From a virus (Duplodnaviria; Heunggongvirae; Uroviricota; Caudoviricetes), in the IMG/VR virus record IMGVR_UViG_3300031760_000027, positions 20,159 to 84,158 of that record: 64,000 nucleotides of DNA. One strand, 5' to 3'. The translations under genes were made by a program, and so were the position numbers. The stretch's first letter is position 1; each line of letters begins with the position of its first letter. Shown piece by piece: positions 49,392-59,992 of the stretch. Under the pieces are notes generated by a model. The model saw nothing but the letters and a program-made list of their open reading frames with translations, searched no databases and had not been told where the DNA came from.

Positions 49392-49697
49392 TCAATTCTC
49401 CTTTGTACTAATTAATTCTATCCAAGGTTCATCTTTATATACTTTTCTTTGAGAATCAAAATAACCTATTTGTTCTAATGTGTCAATGTCTATTTCAATA
49501 ATTCTTGATTCATTAGATAATCCCCAATCAGTCATTCGATGATTAACTATACAATGTATAATTTTTACAGGAGACCTAATATAATCTTCAATGAAACAAT
49601 AAGTCGTATCTGGATAAGCCATATAAAACCCCTCAACATAATAATCCTTATTTAATGCTTTGGCTCTAAAATAAGGTATAATAAATTTATTATCCAT
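49392..49697 (-). CDS. hypothetical protein
   Basis: 101-aa ORF with AGGAG RBS. Confidence 0.35.
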   Translation of the reverse strand: MDNKFIIPYFRAKALNKDYYVEGFYMAYPDTTYCFIEDYIRSPVKIIHCIVNHRMTDWGLSNESRIIEIDIDTLEQIGYFDSQRKVYKDEPWIELISTKEN

Positions 49698-49828
49698 TTA
49701 ATTCTCCTTTATTATATAAGTTCTTGTATAATTTGTATGATGTTTCGTATAATTTGTATAATTTCATATATAGCCATTATACCAATTATTAAAAGTAAAT
49801 CTCTCCCATTGTCCATTGCTTTTTTATA

Positions 49829-50443
49829 TTAAAATTCTGTCTTATTAATTGTTCCATGCTTAGAATAAAAATCTTGATTATAAGCATCATACCTTATTTG
49901 AATATCATGCACATCAATATTTTTATGTTCCTCAAGAAACTTTGCTAAGAACCCACAAGTTTTAAATTCTGGACAACCATCTCTATAAATACAATTAGGA
50001 ACTAATACATCAGCTTCAAAGGGATGCGTTTTATGAAGAGTAACCTTAAAATTCTCAGCATATTCTCTTGTCTCTGGACTAGCACAATAACAAAGACGTT
50101 TTCTCCAAGCATCAATAAGATTTTGCATGTTAGCATACCCATCAAGATTAACAGGTTCATCTTGTGGATTTTTTGTTCTGTCATGACCTGTCCTATCTGT
50201 TCTTTGCGTTGATTGGAATTTTTCGAATTTATGTCTAACCCAATGCGTAGCTACCCAATAGGGAATCCCTTTCCAAGACCAATCAAATTCAAGAAGCCTG
50301 ATAGGGCTATGTTCAGAAATAAGAAGTTTCTTTTTAAAAGTAGGAGTAGCTTCTTTTTCTGTAAAATCTTTATTATCAGTTGTCCGACAATGATTCTTCA
50401 CCCTTGTCCAATCATCAATAAAAGCATTAAATATCGTTTTCAT
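49829..50443 (-). CDS. ThyX-like (flavin-dependent thymidylate synthase family) protein with divergent active-site motif
   Basis: EHSPIRLLEFDWSWKGIPYWVATHWVRHKFEKFQSTQRT aligns to the ThyX consensus EH..FTF.I..SR.V..Q.VRHR....SQ.SQRY, with RHR>RHK and SQRY>TQRT. Confidence 0.4.
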   Translation of the reverse strand: MKTIFNAFIDDWTRVKNHCRTTDNKDFTEKEATPTFKKKLLISEHSPIRLLEFDWSWKGIPYWVATHWVRHKFEKFQSTQRTDRTGHDRTKNPQDEPVNLDGYANMQNLIDAWRKRLCYCASPETREYAENFKVTLHKTHPFEADVLVPNCIYRDGCPEFKTCGFLAKFLEEHKNIDVHDIQIRYDAYNQDFYSKHGTINKTEF

Positions 50444-50485
50444 ATTATCTCCTTTAACTACTATATATTGTTGTGTATAATATTA

Positions 50486-50514
50486 ATATTACCACATTTT
50501 GAGTCATTTGTCAA
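50486..50514 (-). promoter_or_regulatory. consensus-like sigma70 promoter (TTGACA-17-TAATAT) on minus strand
   Basis: Minus-strand TTGACA at 50509-50514, 17-nt spacer, TAATAT at 50486-50491. Lies upstream of the ThyX-like gene. Confidence 0.5.
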
Positions 50515-50552
50515 GTCTGTATATTTAAAATTTTTAATTAAATATACAGACT
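50514..50552. terminator. perfect 14-bp inverted repeat with 11-nt loop (AT-rich hairpin) downstream of helicase gene
   Basis: agtctgtatattta aaatttttaat taaatatacagact. Possible terminator or operator; it overlaps the -35 region. Confidence 0.4.
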
Positions 50553-50562
50553 TAACTGACAA

Positions 50563-52818
50563 TTAGAACACAAGTTTAGGATGCGCCACATCATGTAAAG
50601 CTTCAATCAAATGGGTCTGTTTTTGTGATAAAGCTTTATTACCAACAGCATAACGCAAAGCAGAATTTTGTGCAATCATAATACATTTTTTCTTTGCCCT
50701 TGTAATAGCAGTATATACAAGTTCTCTGGTCAATAAACTATAAGAAGAAAAATCAAGTCCAATAATAATATTATTATATTGTGAACCCTGATTTGAATGT
50801 ACTGTTCCACAATAGTTTAATTCTATTGTTCCCCAATATTTCTTAGGTAATTCTACAATACCAATTCCTTTAAAATCAATAATCCATACTTCGTCATCAA
50901 AATCATTATATGTAATTGCTTTTAAAATACCAGTGTTTCCATTAAAAATATTTGGTTCAACTTTATAATTATTTTTCTTACAAATGACTTTATCGCCTTC
51001 ACGAATAATCTGATTACGTCCATTTCTACGTACTGTTACTTGTACTTTTCTCCCATCAGATGGATTACACAACTCTTGTAAAATATTATTTAATTCACTT
51101 GTGCAAGCCATTCCTCTATTCTTAACAGGAACAATAATTTGTGTTTCCATAATATCAAAATCATCTTTCGCCCTGAGTTTCTGAAATTCTTCTATAACTT
51201 TATAATAAGTATTATTAGCATCAGAATAACAAATTAAATCGAAATCTTTTAATTCACCTCTTGTTTCTTTTCCTGCCCAATCTTTATTGATAAGTTGCGT
51301 ACCTTGTCTAACCTTAATACTTTCAGTAATAATAGCTGATTTTGATGCCTGTCTGTGTATTTTTGTTAAAATATTATGATGAATTTCAGGAGAATTAAGC
51401 ATATTATTAGCAACATTACCACAGCCAATACTTTCAAGCTGTCCATCATCACCTAACATAATTAATTTTGCACCAGATTTAATTGCACGAATTAAAAAAT
51501 AAAATAACCTTGCTCCAATCATAGAAATTTCATCTACAACAATAATATCATATGGAAGTTGATTTTCAGAATTATAACTAAATCCATCATTTCCAAATCC
51601 TAATAATCTATGAATGGTAGAACCCTCTTCTCCTGTATATTCACCTAAAATAGAAGAAGCTTTTCCAGATAAAGCACATAAGGCATGGGAATTATTTTTA
51701 AATATATTTAAAATTGCAGATACTGTTTGTGTTTTACCAGTTCCACCATAACCAGTAATAATAATAACATTATTATTAAAAGCAGATTTAATAGCATTTA
51801 ACTGTTCATCCGTATATTCCCATCCTTGTACATTTTCATTATGTTTTACTACTTCTTCCCAATTATCGTAAGAAAAATCACATTCAGCATCTCTTAAACG
51901 AATTAATTCAGTAGCAATATTAGTAGCCAAATCATAATAATAACGTAAACCTATTTTAGTTTTATCTTCATTATGCCATAATATTTTTTGTTCAATTAAT
52001 TCTCCTATTGTTACAGATATTTTTTCATCAGGTACATCATCTCCCAATGTTTCAAGAATTGCCCCTAATAAATGGTCAGGAGTAATCCATGATTGTCCAT
52101 TTTCTCCACAATTAGATAAATAATATTGAATAAAAGCCCCAATCCTTGCTGTGCTATAAATTCCAATTCCACCTTTTAAAGCAATTTCATCAGCTTTTTT
52201 AAAACCAATTCCATTAACTTCAGTACATAAAACATAAGGATTGTTTTTTACTTTATCTACAACAAGGTCTGGGGAGTTATATTTTTCAAGCAATTTATCC
52301 ACCATAGCGTTAGTTAAGTCATAATCTTTTAACTCAAGGAAAATTTTTGCTAAATTAATATTTTCTTTAAATCTTTCTACCCATGTAGAAGCTGTCTTTA
52401 AGCCACATCCTTTAATTTGTACAAGTTTATTATAATCTTCATTCTGAAGAGCATCAAATGGGTCATCTAAAGCTTCATACATAGCATCAATTTGGTATTC
52501 TGTAAAAATACTTGACAAAAATCTTTTTTTACCATCTGCGGTATCAAATGATACCGCAGTAAACATAGCTTTGATATTATATTGTCCACCCCACTTAGGG
52601 TCTTCAATATAATCTGCCGTAATATTATACATATTACCAACGATGGGAGTAGGCATAGTGCCTTTAAAAACAACTTCGTCTTCCCGAATATCTTTATCTA
52701 ATTCTCCTGAATCCATTCTATCAATAGAACAAACAATAATTCCAAAATTATCTTTGTAATATCTAATTCTTTCTACTGTAGCAATACAACTAATAGATTC
52801 ATTATTTGTGTTATTCAT
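50563..52818 (-). CDS. RecD-like SF1B DNA helicase
   Basis: Walker A IIITGYGGTGKTQTV. Walker B IIVVDEISMIG. GDDGQLESIG. C-terminal CGTVHSNQGSQY...YTAITRAKKKC. Confidence 0.7.
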   Translation of the reverse strand: MNNTNNESISCIATVERIRYYKDNFGIIVCSIDRMDSGELDKDIREDEVVFKGTMPTPIVGNMYNITADYIEDPKWGGQYNIKAMFTAVSFDTADGKKRFLSSIFTEYQIDAMYEALDDPFDALQNEDYNKLVQIKGCGLKTASTWVERFKENINLAKIFLELKDYDLTNAMVDKLLEKYNSPDLVVDKVKNNPYVLCTEVNGIGFKKADEIALKGGIGIYSTARIGAFIQYYLSNCGENGQSWITPDHLLGAILETLGDDVPDEKISVTIGELIEQKILWHNEDKTKIGLRYYYDLATNIATELIRLRDAECDFSYDNWEEVVKHNENVQGWEYTDEQLNAIKSAFNNNVIIITGYGGTGKTQTVSAILNIFKNNSHALCALSGKASSILGEYTGEEGSTIHRLLGFGNDGFSYNSENQLPYDIIVVDEISMIGARLFYFLIRAIKSGAKLIMLGDDGQLESIGCGNVANNMLNSPEIHHNILTKIHRQASKSAIITESIKVRQGTQLINKDWAGKETRGELKDFDLICYSDANNTYYKVIEEFQKLRAKDDFDIMETQIIVPVKNRGMACTSELNNILQELCNPSDGRKVQVTVRRNGRNQIIREGDKVICKKNNYKVEPNIFNGNTGILKAITYNDFDDEVWIIDFKGIGIVELPKKYWGTIELNYCGTVHSNQGSQYNNIIIGLDFSSYSLLTRELVYTAITRAKKKCIMIAQNSALRYAVGNKALSQKQTHLIEALHDVAHPKLVF

Positions 52819-55800
52819 TTATATTTTTGTCCTTTCATTTTGTAATAATAAAGTTCCATCTTTATTAACTTCTTTAATTAAACTGATTGTGTGTTTATAA
52901 ATTGTATCATTATAAATTCTAGGATAAAAAGTATCCCCCATTCTAATACCAGAAACAATAATCATTTGACCACGTTTAAGCCAACTATCCTCTATTTTAT
53001 GCTTTTTATTTTTATTATCTTCATCAATTTGAGAAATCTGTTTATTATAAAAAGCATAATGCCCTTTATTCATTTTCACATTAACTAATCCATATTTAGT
53101 TAATAAAGATACCATATGATGATTATTATCTGCATTAATTACTGTACCTGCTATACGGCTAATATTATATTTAGGAAATATTTTTCTTTCCCCATTAATC
53201 CATCTTGCATACCAGTCATACGCTACAGGCTCTTCAGGCAAATCAAAAAAGTTAACTATCCCATATAAAGATTCATTTACATTTTCTAATTCATGCTCTT
53301 CGTCATAATAAGTTAAGGATTCCATAGACCAATGTGCTTTATTTCCACTTGCATATTGTTCCCATACATCTAAGAAACAACTTAGATTATATCTATTAAT
53401 AGCATCAGCACTATTCATCCATTCCCTAAAAGGCTCTATAAATACTTTAGCTTCTTTATCAATTTGTTTTTCTGATACCAAATAATATTCCCCTTGTACT
53501 CCAACTATACAATTCTCAGAAAAATAATCTTTAAAAATAGGTTGACTATTATCATCTAAAATATAATACCTATCATGATAACCACGCTTTAAAGGTTTTT
53601 TATCAGGGTCAATATAATTAGAATAAAATCCTTCATCGTCTAAGATGTAATCTTTTAAAATTAATATTTTGACACATTTATCAAAAGCTTCTGGAATAAG
53701 TTTCTTCTCTCTTAAAGCAGATAATTGACTTAATGTTATTTTTTTAAGTGGATTATATTTGTAATTTCTTAAATACCATTCCATTGTAATCTCTTTATTA
53801 GGACTATGAAGCTCAGTAAAACAACCTGCTTTAATTAGTTTAATCATTTGAGCATTTTTAATAATTCCAGTATCTAGAAGTTTACTTGCAAAATCTTCCA
53901 TAGAACTATATGGACGATTTTGAATAATAGCTTGAGATACTTCTGTATTAATTCCATTAATACCCTTTAAGCCGAAAATAATTCTGTTATTAGTTTCGTC
54001 TGGTTCGAATCCAAATTCAGCTTTATTAATTAACGGAATTTCAACATTAACACCTTGTTTTCTAATTGTTGCTATAGCGATACCCATTTTACCATAATCC
54101 GTAGCATCATTTGAGTTATTATCTAATGAACCAGAATCTACGATAAGATTAGCAGTTTGCCAATAAATAGGATTCCATCTATAATTTAAATTTAATTCCT
54201 GTAAAAGAATCATTGAGTAAGCAAGTGTATGCGAAGAATTAAACGAATACCCTCTAGAAACAGATACCAATACATTCCATACATAACTGCAAAAAGCGGG
54301 GCTACATCCTTTTTGTTTTGTAATTTCAAAAAACTCTTTCGTTAAATTTTCAAATTCTTTTGGATTTTTTTTAGCTACACTTTTTCTTAATTTGTCACTC
54401 CAAGATAGTGAAAATCCGCCACATTCAGGTAATTGAACCAATTGCATAAATTTTTCTTGAGACTCGCAAATACCGAAGGAAGTTTTTAAAATAGGCTCCA
54501 ACATTTTTTGCTCTTTTTCTGTTAATCCATAATCTGTCATTTCTTGATACCATTCATTAATATCTTCATGGAATCTAGCAAATTTATTTAATGGAGTTTC
54601 AGCCCCTTTTTCTTGTGCCATAAGACGAATTACTGAATTTAAAACAGCTAAATCATCTACAGAATGTGGTTTAACTAAAGCTATTGCTTGTTTTCCTGAT
54701 TCTTTTTCCATTTGAAAAGCACTAATAACTTTATGCTCCCATAATAATTTCCACATATCTTCAGCATATCTTTCAAGATTATATACACCAATATATTTTT
54801 CATATGTATCACGAAGACTGCCTTGCCATTCAATCTTATTTTTATCTAATAACAATTCCAGACACTCTTGAATCTTAGATACTGCATCAGTGGCTAGAAG
54901 GTCAATTTTGATAAGACTCATTGCTTCATCTTCGTGGAGGTCATATTGAGTAATTACATCCCCAGATTTAGTTCGAATTAACGCACAAGTATCAATTAAC
55001 GATTTGTCACAAATAATAACTCCACCTGCATGAGAACCAATACCTGAACAAAGACCTTCCAGTTTTTGAGCAGTTTCCCAAAGGTCAGGATGATTGTTCA
55101 TTTCATTAACAAACTCTTGAACAGGTTTGTTATCTTCGTCACCATAGTACATTGTTTTTAATGAACGAGGATTACCTCTATCAAACACTACCAAAGAAGC
55201 AATATAAGAAGTCAAATCATTATCAAGCCCAATACCACGACCTGCCGTTAATATAGCACTTCTACTTTTTTCAGTAGAATAAGTAAGAACTTTAGATACT
55301 TTATCAGCACCGTAAATTTCTTTAAATCTATTTATAATCTTATCTCTAAAAATAGGATTAACATCTGTATCAATATCAAGTATACTAGCCCGTTCTGGAT
55401 TTAAAAAACGCCAAGGAAATGTAGCTGTATTTTCTCTTAAAGGATTAATCTGTGTAATCCCCATTTGGTTAGCAATACAAAACCCAATAACAGAACCACG
55501 ACCTACAGCTACAACACTACCACAATCCCAAATAATATTAACGTAATCTGCCATTTGGTCAAGATATGCTGACCATCTAACTCCCATTTTTTCAGAAGAT
55601 TGTTTTATATAAGATAAACATTCATTAGTAGCATTATACCCTCTTTCCGTTTGATACACTTCATCTTTTTCAATACCTTTGAGCATTTCACGAATCATAT
55701 GTCTATCAGATTCGTATTCAGATTCAGCAAATTCTCGTAATAAAGGAATATGTTTACTATATTTATCTATTAATTCTTTATCAGGTTCAGTCCTATCAAG

Positions 55801-56739
55801 CGGAAGAAAAGGAATTTCCAAATCCTTTTTCATGGAGTAATATTCAAGTCTATCATAAATAAGCATTGTATTATCAATACCCTTTTGAACAATATCATAA
55901 CCTAAATATTCGTCCATATAAGAATGAATTTCTTCTTCTGACATTACATAAGTAGTCTGATAAAAATAATCAACTTCTCTATCATCTTCTTTATTTGCTG
56001 TAATATAAGCCTTATGAATTGCTCTATCTTCTTTTTTAAGATAGTGAGCATCAGTAGAAATAATATAAGGAAGATTATATTCTTGTGCAAATTCAAGTAA
56101 TTTTTGATTACAAAAAACTTGTTCTTCGCTAGGATTGGGCTGAAGTTCAATAAAGAAATTTTCTTCTCCAAAAATATCAACTATAAATGCTAACCATTGA
56201 TGAATACGCACGATTATATCTTCTGAAGGATTTTCTTTATATTGAAGTAATTGCCTATTAATACTAGAACCAAGACAAGCTGTTGACCCAATAATATGTC
56301 CTCTATACGTATCTAATATTTCAGCCAAATCATTATAATAAGTAGGAACTCTATTCCATTTAGAATAAAAACAATTTTCAGTCCATGCTTTTGTACTTAA
56401 TTCACGCAATCCTTTATGCCCAAAAGCATCAAGAGCAATTAAAATAAAATGAGGATAAAAATTATTCCCTATATTTTCTGCTGTAATAAATTCAGGACAT
56501 AAATAAATTTCATTTCCTAATCCAATTTTAAAATCTTTCCAATCATCTTCGCCCATTTTAGACTCATAATAATCTAAAGCTTTAAAATGGGCAGATAAAG
56601 ATTCATGGTCAGTTATGCAAATTCCTTTATGCCCAAGTGAATGCGCATAATTAATCAAATCTTTTACTTTATTTATTGAATCACGAAATTCATGATTACT
56701 ACCAATATCTGTATGATTATGTATCCCAATATAACTCAT
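52819..56739 (-). CDS. dnaE: DNA polymerase III alpha subunit (DnaE-family replicase) with N-terminal PHP domain
   Basis: MSYIGIHNHTDIGSNHEFRDS...GHKGICITDHESLSAHFKA PHP motifs. 1306 aa. Confidence 0.8.
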   Translation of the reverse strand: MSYIGIHNHTDIGSNHEFRDSINKVKDLINYAHSLGHKGICITDHESLSAHFKALDYYESKMGEDDWKDFKIGLGNEIYLCPEFITAENIGNNFYPHFILIALDAFGHKGLRELSTKAWTENCFYSKWNRVPTYYNDLAEILDTYRGHIIGSTACLGSSINRQLLQYKENPSEDIIVRIHQWLAFIVDIFGEENFFIELQPNPSEEQVFCNQKLLEFAQEYNLPYIISTDAHYLKKEDRAIHKAYITANKEDDREVDYFYQTTYVMSEEEIHSYMDEYLGYDIVQKGIDNTMLIYDRLEYYSMKKDLEIPFLPLDRTEPDKELIDKYSKHIPLLREFAESEYESDRHMIREMLKGIEKDEVYQTERGYNATNECLSYIKQSSEKMGVRWSAYLDQMADYVNIIWDCGSVVAVGRGSVIGFCIANQMGITQINPLRENTATFPWRFLNPERASILDIDTDVNPIFRDKIINRFKEIYGADKVSKVLTYSTEKSRSAILTAGRGIGLDNDLTSYIASLVVFDRGNPRSLKTMYYGDEDNKPVQEFVNEMNNHPDLWETAQKLEGLCSGIGSHAGGVIICDKSLIDTCALIRTKSGDVITQYDLHEDEAMSLIKIDLLATDAVSKIQECLELLLDKNKIEWQGSLRDTYEKYIGVYNLERYAEDMWKLLWEHKVISAFQMEKESGKQAIALVKPHSVDDLAVLNSVIRLMAQEKGAETPLNKFARFHEDINEWYQEMTDYGLTEKEQKMLEPILKTSFGICESQEKFMQLVQLPECGGFSLSWSDKLRKSVAKKNPKEFENLTKEFFEITKQKGCSPAFCSYVWNVLVSVSRGYSFNSSHTLAYSMILLQELNLNYRWNPIYWQTANLIVDSGSLDNNSNDATDYGKMGIAIATIRKQGVNVEIPLINKAEFGFEPDETNNRIIFGLKGINGINTEVSQAIIQNRPYSSMEDFASKLLDTGIIKNAQMIKLIKAGCFTELHSPNKEITMEWYLRNYKYNPLKKITLSQLSALREKKLIPEAFDKCVKILILKDYILDDEGFYSNYIDPDKKPLKRGYHDRYYILDDNSQPIFKDYFSENCIVGVQGEYYLVSEKQIDKEAKVFIEPFREWMNSADAINRYNLSCFLDVWEQYASGNKAHWSMESLTYYDEEHELENVNESLYGIVNFFDLPEEPVAYDWYARWINGERKIFPKYNISRIAGTVINADNNHHMVSLLTKYGLVNVKMNKGHYAFYNKQISQIDEDNKNKKHKIEDSWLKRGQMIIVSGIRMGDTFYPRIYNDTIYKHTISLIKEVNKDGTLLLQNERTKI

Positions 56740-56742
56740 AAA

Positions 56743-57180
56743 TCACCACCACATTGCAGGAAGAACTAAAGCCCAAATTTCACCGATTTCTTTAATGGGT
56801 TCATAAGCCTTATTATCAGCTTCAACTATACTCATTCCCTGTTTTCTATATTCATCTATTTTACTATCACGAGCATCTTCGTTAAAATAATATTCAAGTT
56901 TTTCAATCATCATATTAATTAATTCAAGCTGAGTATATTCTTTCCCCTTAAAATCAAATTTGTTATAATTAAGGTCTACTACTTGTCCACCAATTTCCAC
57001 AAACATTTTTAATCTTTCGTATAACCACATATAAAAAACACAATCTAAATTCCAAGTTTCACGGCTATCAAAACCATAAATCTCACGTTCTTTTTCAAAT
57101 GTTTCATCTCTTTCAGACCCTTCAGGTTTCCAAACCCATGAATAATCTTCTCCAATATCATCTAAGTATTTTCTACCCAT
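56743..57180 (-). CDS. hypothetical protein
   Basis: 145-aa ORF. Confidence 0.35.
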   Translation of the reverse strand: MGRKYLDDIGEDYSWVWKPEGSERDETFEKEREIYGFDSRETWNLDCVFYMWLYERLKMFVEIGGQVVDLNYNKFDFKGKEYTQLELINMMIEKLEYYFNEDARDSKIDEYRKQGMSIVEADNKAYEPIKEIGEIWALVLPAMWW

Positions 57181-57196
57181 TTTAACTCCTTATAAA

Positions 57197-57655
57197 TTAA
57201 TTTAATACAGCTTTATATTTTTCTAATCTATCAATAACTTCCTTTATTTCTTCAAAAATTTCTTCTGTTGTCCATTTTTTACAGGTATCATCATTGGGAA
57301 TAGAATCATAAGGAACATAATCACAACAATGAGCATAATCCCATCCTAACCATTTTTTATTATTTTTATTTTCTTTAGGTAAACCATATACACGATTTGA
57401 TTCCCATGTAATACCACCATGACAAAGCATCACATTTTCTAATACATCACTATAAAAATGGTATAATTTATTATCATTAGGAATCCTTATATATGCACAA
57501 GGATGCGTACCACGATTAATAATACAAAATTCATAACCACAATATGTATCATGCGCAAGAATTTCACATGTACTTTTGATTGAATAATTCATAGGTTTTA
57601 ATTCATACTGTTTTGTCTTTTCCATAATTATTCCTTTCTTAAATTTAAAAAACAA
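57197..57655 (-). CDS. hypothetical Cys/His-rich protein
   Basis: 152-aa ORF. Confidence 0.35.
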   Translation of the reverse strand: MFFKFKKGIIMEKTKQYELKPMNYSIKSTCEILAHDTYCGYEFCIINRGTHPCAYIRIPNDNKLYHFYSDVLENVMLCHGGITWESNRVYGLPKENKNNKKWLGWDYAHCCDYVPYDSIPNDDTCKKWTTEEIFEEIKEVIDRLEKYKAVLN

Positions 57656-58640
57656 TTTTACGTTTCTCTTTAGGTTTTTCTTTTTGTTTTTTATATTCTA
57701 AAATATTAAATTCTTTATTCACAGAAAACTTCTTTTCTGTCGGTGTCCACAAACTATAATAATCACATTCATTTTTATATTCTTTAGCATTAGGATTCGT
57801 AGCACAATAATTACACCAATAACATAAAGGACAGGGTTTAGGATTAAATACTTTAGTAGCATTACTTTTATCAATACTATCTAAAGCTTTCTCAATTTTC
57901 TTAATAAAACGCTTTTCCCAACCTTTTGACATAGCTTGCTGTGTTTGATTTAAAAGAATAAAATCATATTCATATTCTATAGGCAATTTCCCAAACATAT
58001 TTAAAATAGCGCAAGCATAAATACCAAACTGTTGACTGGTTTTAACCTTTGCGTCATCAAAAATCTTTTTACTTGTTTTATAATCTACAACTCTAAACTC
58101 ACCATCCTTTATATCAACACGGTCTATAAAACCATGTATAATACATCTGTCATTCCAGACAAATTCAAATGGAAGTTCAAAATAAACTGGTCTCCATTTA
58201 CTGTTTGCCATTTCATTTTTAAGAACAGTTGCTTTAAATAATTTTATTTTATCTTCATATGTCATTCCTGACGCATTATCTTTTGTATACCAATCGTCAA
58301 AATAAGAACGTTTTAAAGCTTTAATCCCTCTTAATTTTTCTTGCGTCTTTTCATCTTTCTCTTCGTAACCGACTTCTATTGTATTATACAACATATCATA
58401 GTCAATGTCAATACCTAAATGTACCCAATGACCTTTAATTTCTAAAATCTTATGTAACAATGAGCCTAACTCTAAGGCTAATGTTGTATCATCCGTCTTT
58501 TTATCTTCATTATATTTTAAATTAAAAGCATAAGGACAATTCAAATACTGTTCAATTCCACTATGAGAATAAACTGGTAAGTCTTTATCTTTTTTTGGGT
58601 CTACTGCCCTTATATATGGTTTTAAAATTGCTTCATTCAT
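57645..58640 (-). CDS. PD-(D/E)XK nuclease, Cas4/RecB-like with Fe-S cluster cysteines
   Basis: N-terminal CPYAF. VVDYKTSKK (DYK) motif. C-terminal CPLCYWCNYC. Confidence 0.6.
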   Translation of the reverse strand: MNEAILKPYIRAVDPKKDKDLPVYSHSGIEQYLNCPYAFNLKYNEDKKTDDTTLALELGSLLHKILEIKGHWVHLGIDIDYDMLYNTIEVGYEEKDEKTQEKLRGIKALKRSYFDDWYTKDNASGMTYEDKIKLFKATVLKNEMANSKWRPVYFELPFEFVWNDRCIIHGFIDRVDIKDGEFRVVDYKTSKKIFDDAKVKTSQQFGIYACAILNMFGKLPIEYEYDFILLNQTQQAMSKGWEKRFIKKIEKALDSIDKSNATKVFNPKPCPLCYWCNYCATNPNAKEYKNECDYYSLWTPTEKKFSVNKEFNILEYKKQKEKPKEKRKIVF

Positions 58641-58645
58641 ATATA

Positions 58646-58804
58646 TTATCCTTTCTTAATTAATTTTTTTGCAGTATCATATCCTTCATTATATCCTTTT
58701 AAAAATCCCTGATAACTACCAATCCAATATCCACATATAATTAAAAGTATAGCACTAATAACAAAAAGTATGTTAAAAAATATATTTAAAAACGCATAAT
58801 TCAT
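58646..58804 (-). CDS. small membrane protein (52 aa), not in ORF track
   Basis: AGGAG RBS. MNYAFLNIFFNILFVISAILLIICGYWIGSYQGF... Stop codon abuts the nuclease gene RBS. Confidence 0.3.
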   Translation of the reverse strand: MNYAFLNIFFNILFVISAILLIICGYWIGSYQGFLKGYNEGYDTAKKLIKKG

Positions 58805-58817
58805 TATTTTTCTCCTA

Positions 58818-59978
58818 TTATTTTAATATTTCTTCTTTAACTCTTTTTACATCTTCCATTGTTATTTCTATTTTTTCTTCATATAACTCTAAAAATATAT
58901 CTTTGCCACAATCTAATGGACTGTCTTTATATCCAATTCTATTCTTACTATCTGCAACTAAAAATACTTGACAATAAGGAACAAAAGGGGCTAATTTTTT
59001 AATTTGTTTATTTAACCAAACTTCAGCTTCATAAGAATCAGCTTCTTCATAATCTCTATCAGGAGCATATATGATTTTAGAAACCTTTAAATCATTTAAT
59101 AATATTTTTTGTTGTGTTAATGTAATAGCTGAACCACATGTAGCTACAACATAAGAATTATCTTTAAAATATGTATAAGCAAGCAAGCAAGATTTTTCAG
59201 CTTCAACTAGCATTACTTTTTTATTTTGTTTTATTTTATCTTGTGTTACCCAAATACCATATAAAGTTGAACCAGTTGAATATCTTAATTTTTGCCCATT
59301 AATATACATGTTATCATACTTAGCTACAGCTACATCTTCTGGATTTAAATTTCTACATCTAATTCCTACTAAATTTTCATTCCTATCTCTTACTGGAATG
59401 GTAATTTGATTCGTTAGACCATACCAACCAATCTCATATCTTGATAAGGCTTCTTTACTAATACCATCATTCAACCATGGTTGTAAAGGGTCAGGGTCAT
59501 ACCAAAAAAGTTCAAGATTATTTTCATTCACTGTTTTCAAATTTGGAACAGCATAAACTCTTTTATTTTTTAAATTTTTAATTCGATTCATCCACGTTAA
59601 ATCTGTATTAATGGTTTTTGTTTTTATATCTTCTGGATTTGATTCAATAAGTTTGTTAGTAGTTTTAGCTAAAAAATATAATGCTTTATACCAAGTTAAT
59701 GTTTTACCCTGTTGTCTATGCGCACGTATTATTAACTCAATAATACCATAAGTATCTCCACAAGTATAACATCTAAATCTACCAGTACCGTTTCCATCGG
59801 CATCATGAGGATAATATACTAACTTATCAGGCGAATCGCCACCATGACATAAACATGTGTTAAAACATAAACTATCATGACTTCCTTTCGTATATTCTCC
59901 ATGTCCAAGGGCTGTACAAACTTTTATTATATCTTCTTCGGTAAGGGAATTTATTATTGCTTTATAGTTTAAGTACAT
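58818..59978 (-). CDS. dnaG: DNA primase (DnaG-like: zinc-binding + TOPRIM)
   Basis: Cys/His zinc-binding region CFNTCLCHGGDSPDKLVYYP...RFRCYTCGDTYG. TOPRIM motifs VMLVEAEKS and IIYAPDRDYEEAD. Confidence 0.7.
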   Translation of the reverse strand: MYLNYKAIINSLTEEDIIKVCTALGHGEYTKGSHDSLCFNTCLCHGGDSPDKLVYYPHDADGNGTGRFRCYTCGDTYGIIELIIRAHRQQGKTLTWYKALYFLAKTTNKLIESNPEDIKTKTINTDLTWMNRIKNLKNKRVYAVPNLKTVNENNLELFWYDPDPLQPWLNDGISKEALSRYEIGWYGLTNQITIPVRDRNENLVGIRCRNLNPEDVAVAKYDNMYINGQKLRYSTGSTLYGIWVTQDKIKQNKKVMLVEAEKSCLLAYTYFKDNSYVVATCGSAITLTQQKILLNDLKVSKIIYAPDRDYEEADSYEAEVWLNKQIKKLAPFVPYCQVFLVADSKNRIGYKDSPLDCGKDIFLELYEEKIEITMEDVKRVKEEILK

Positions 59979-59992
59979 AATTTATTGCTCCT

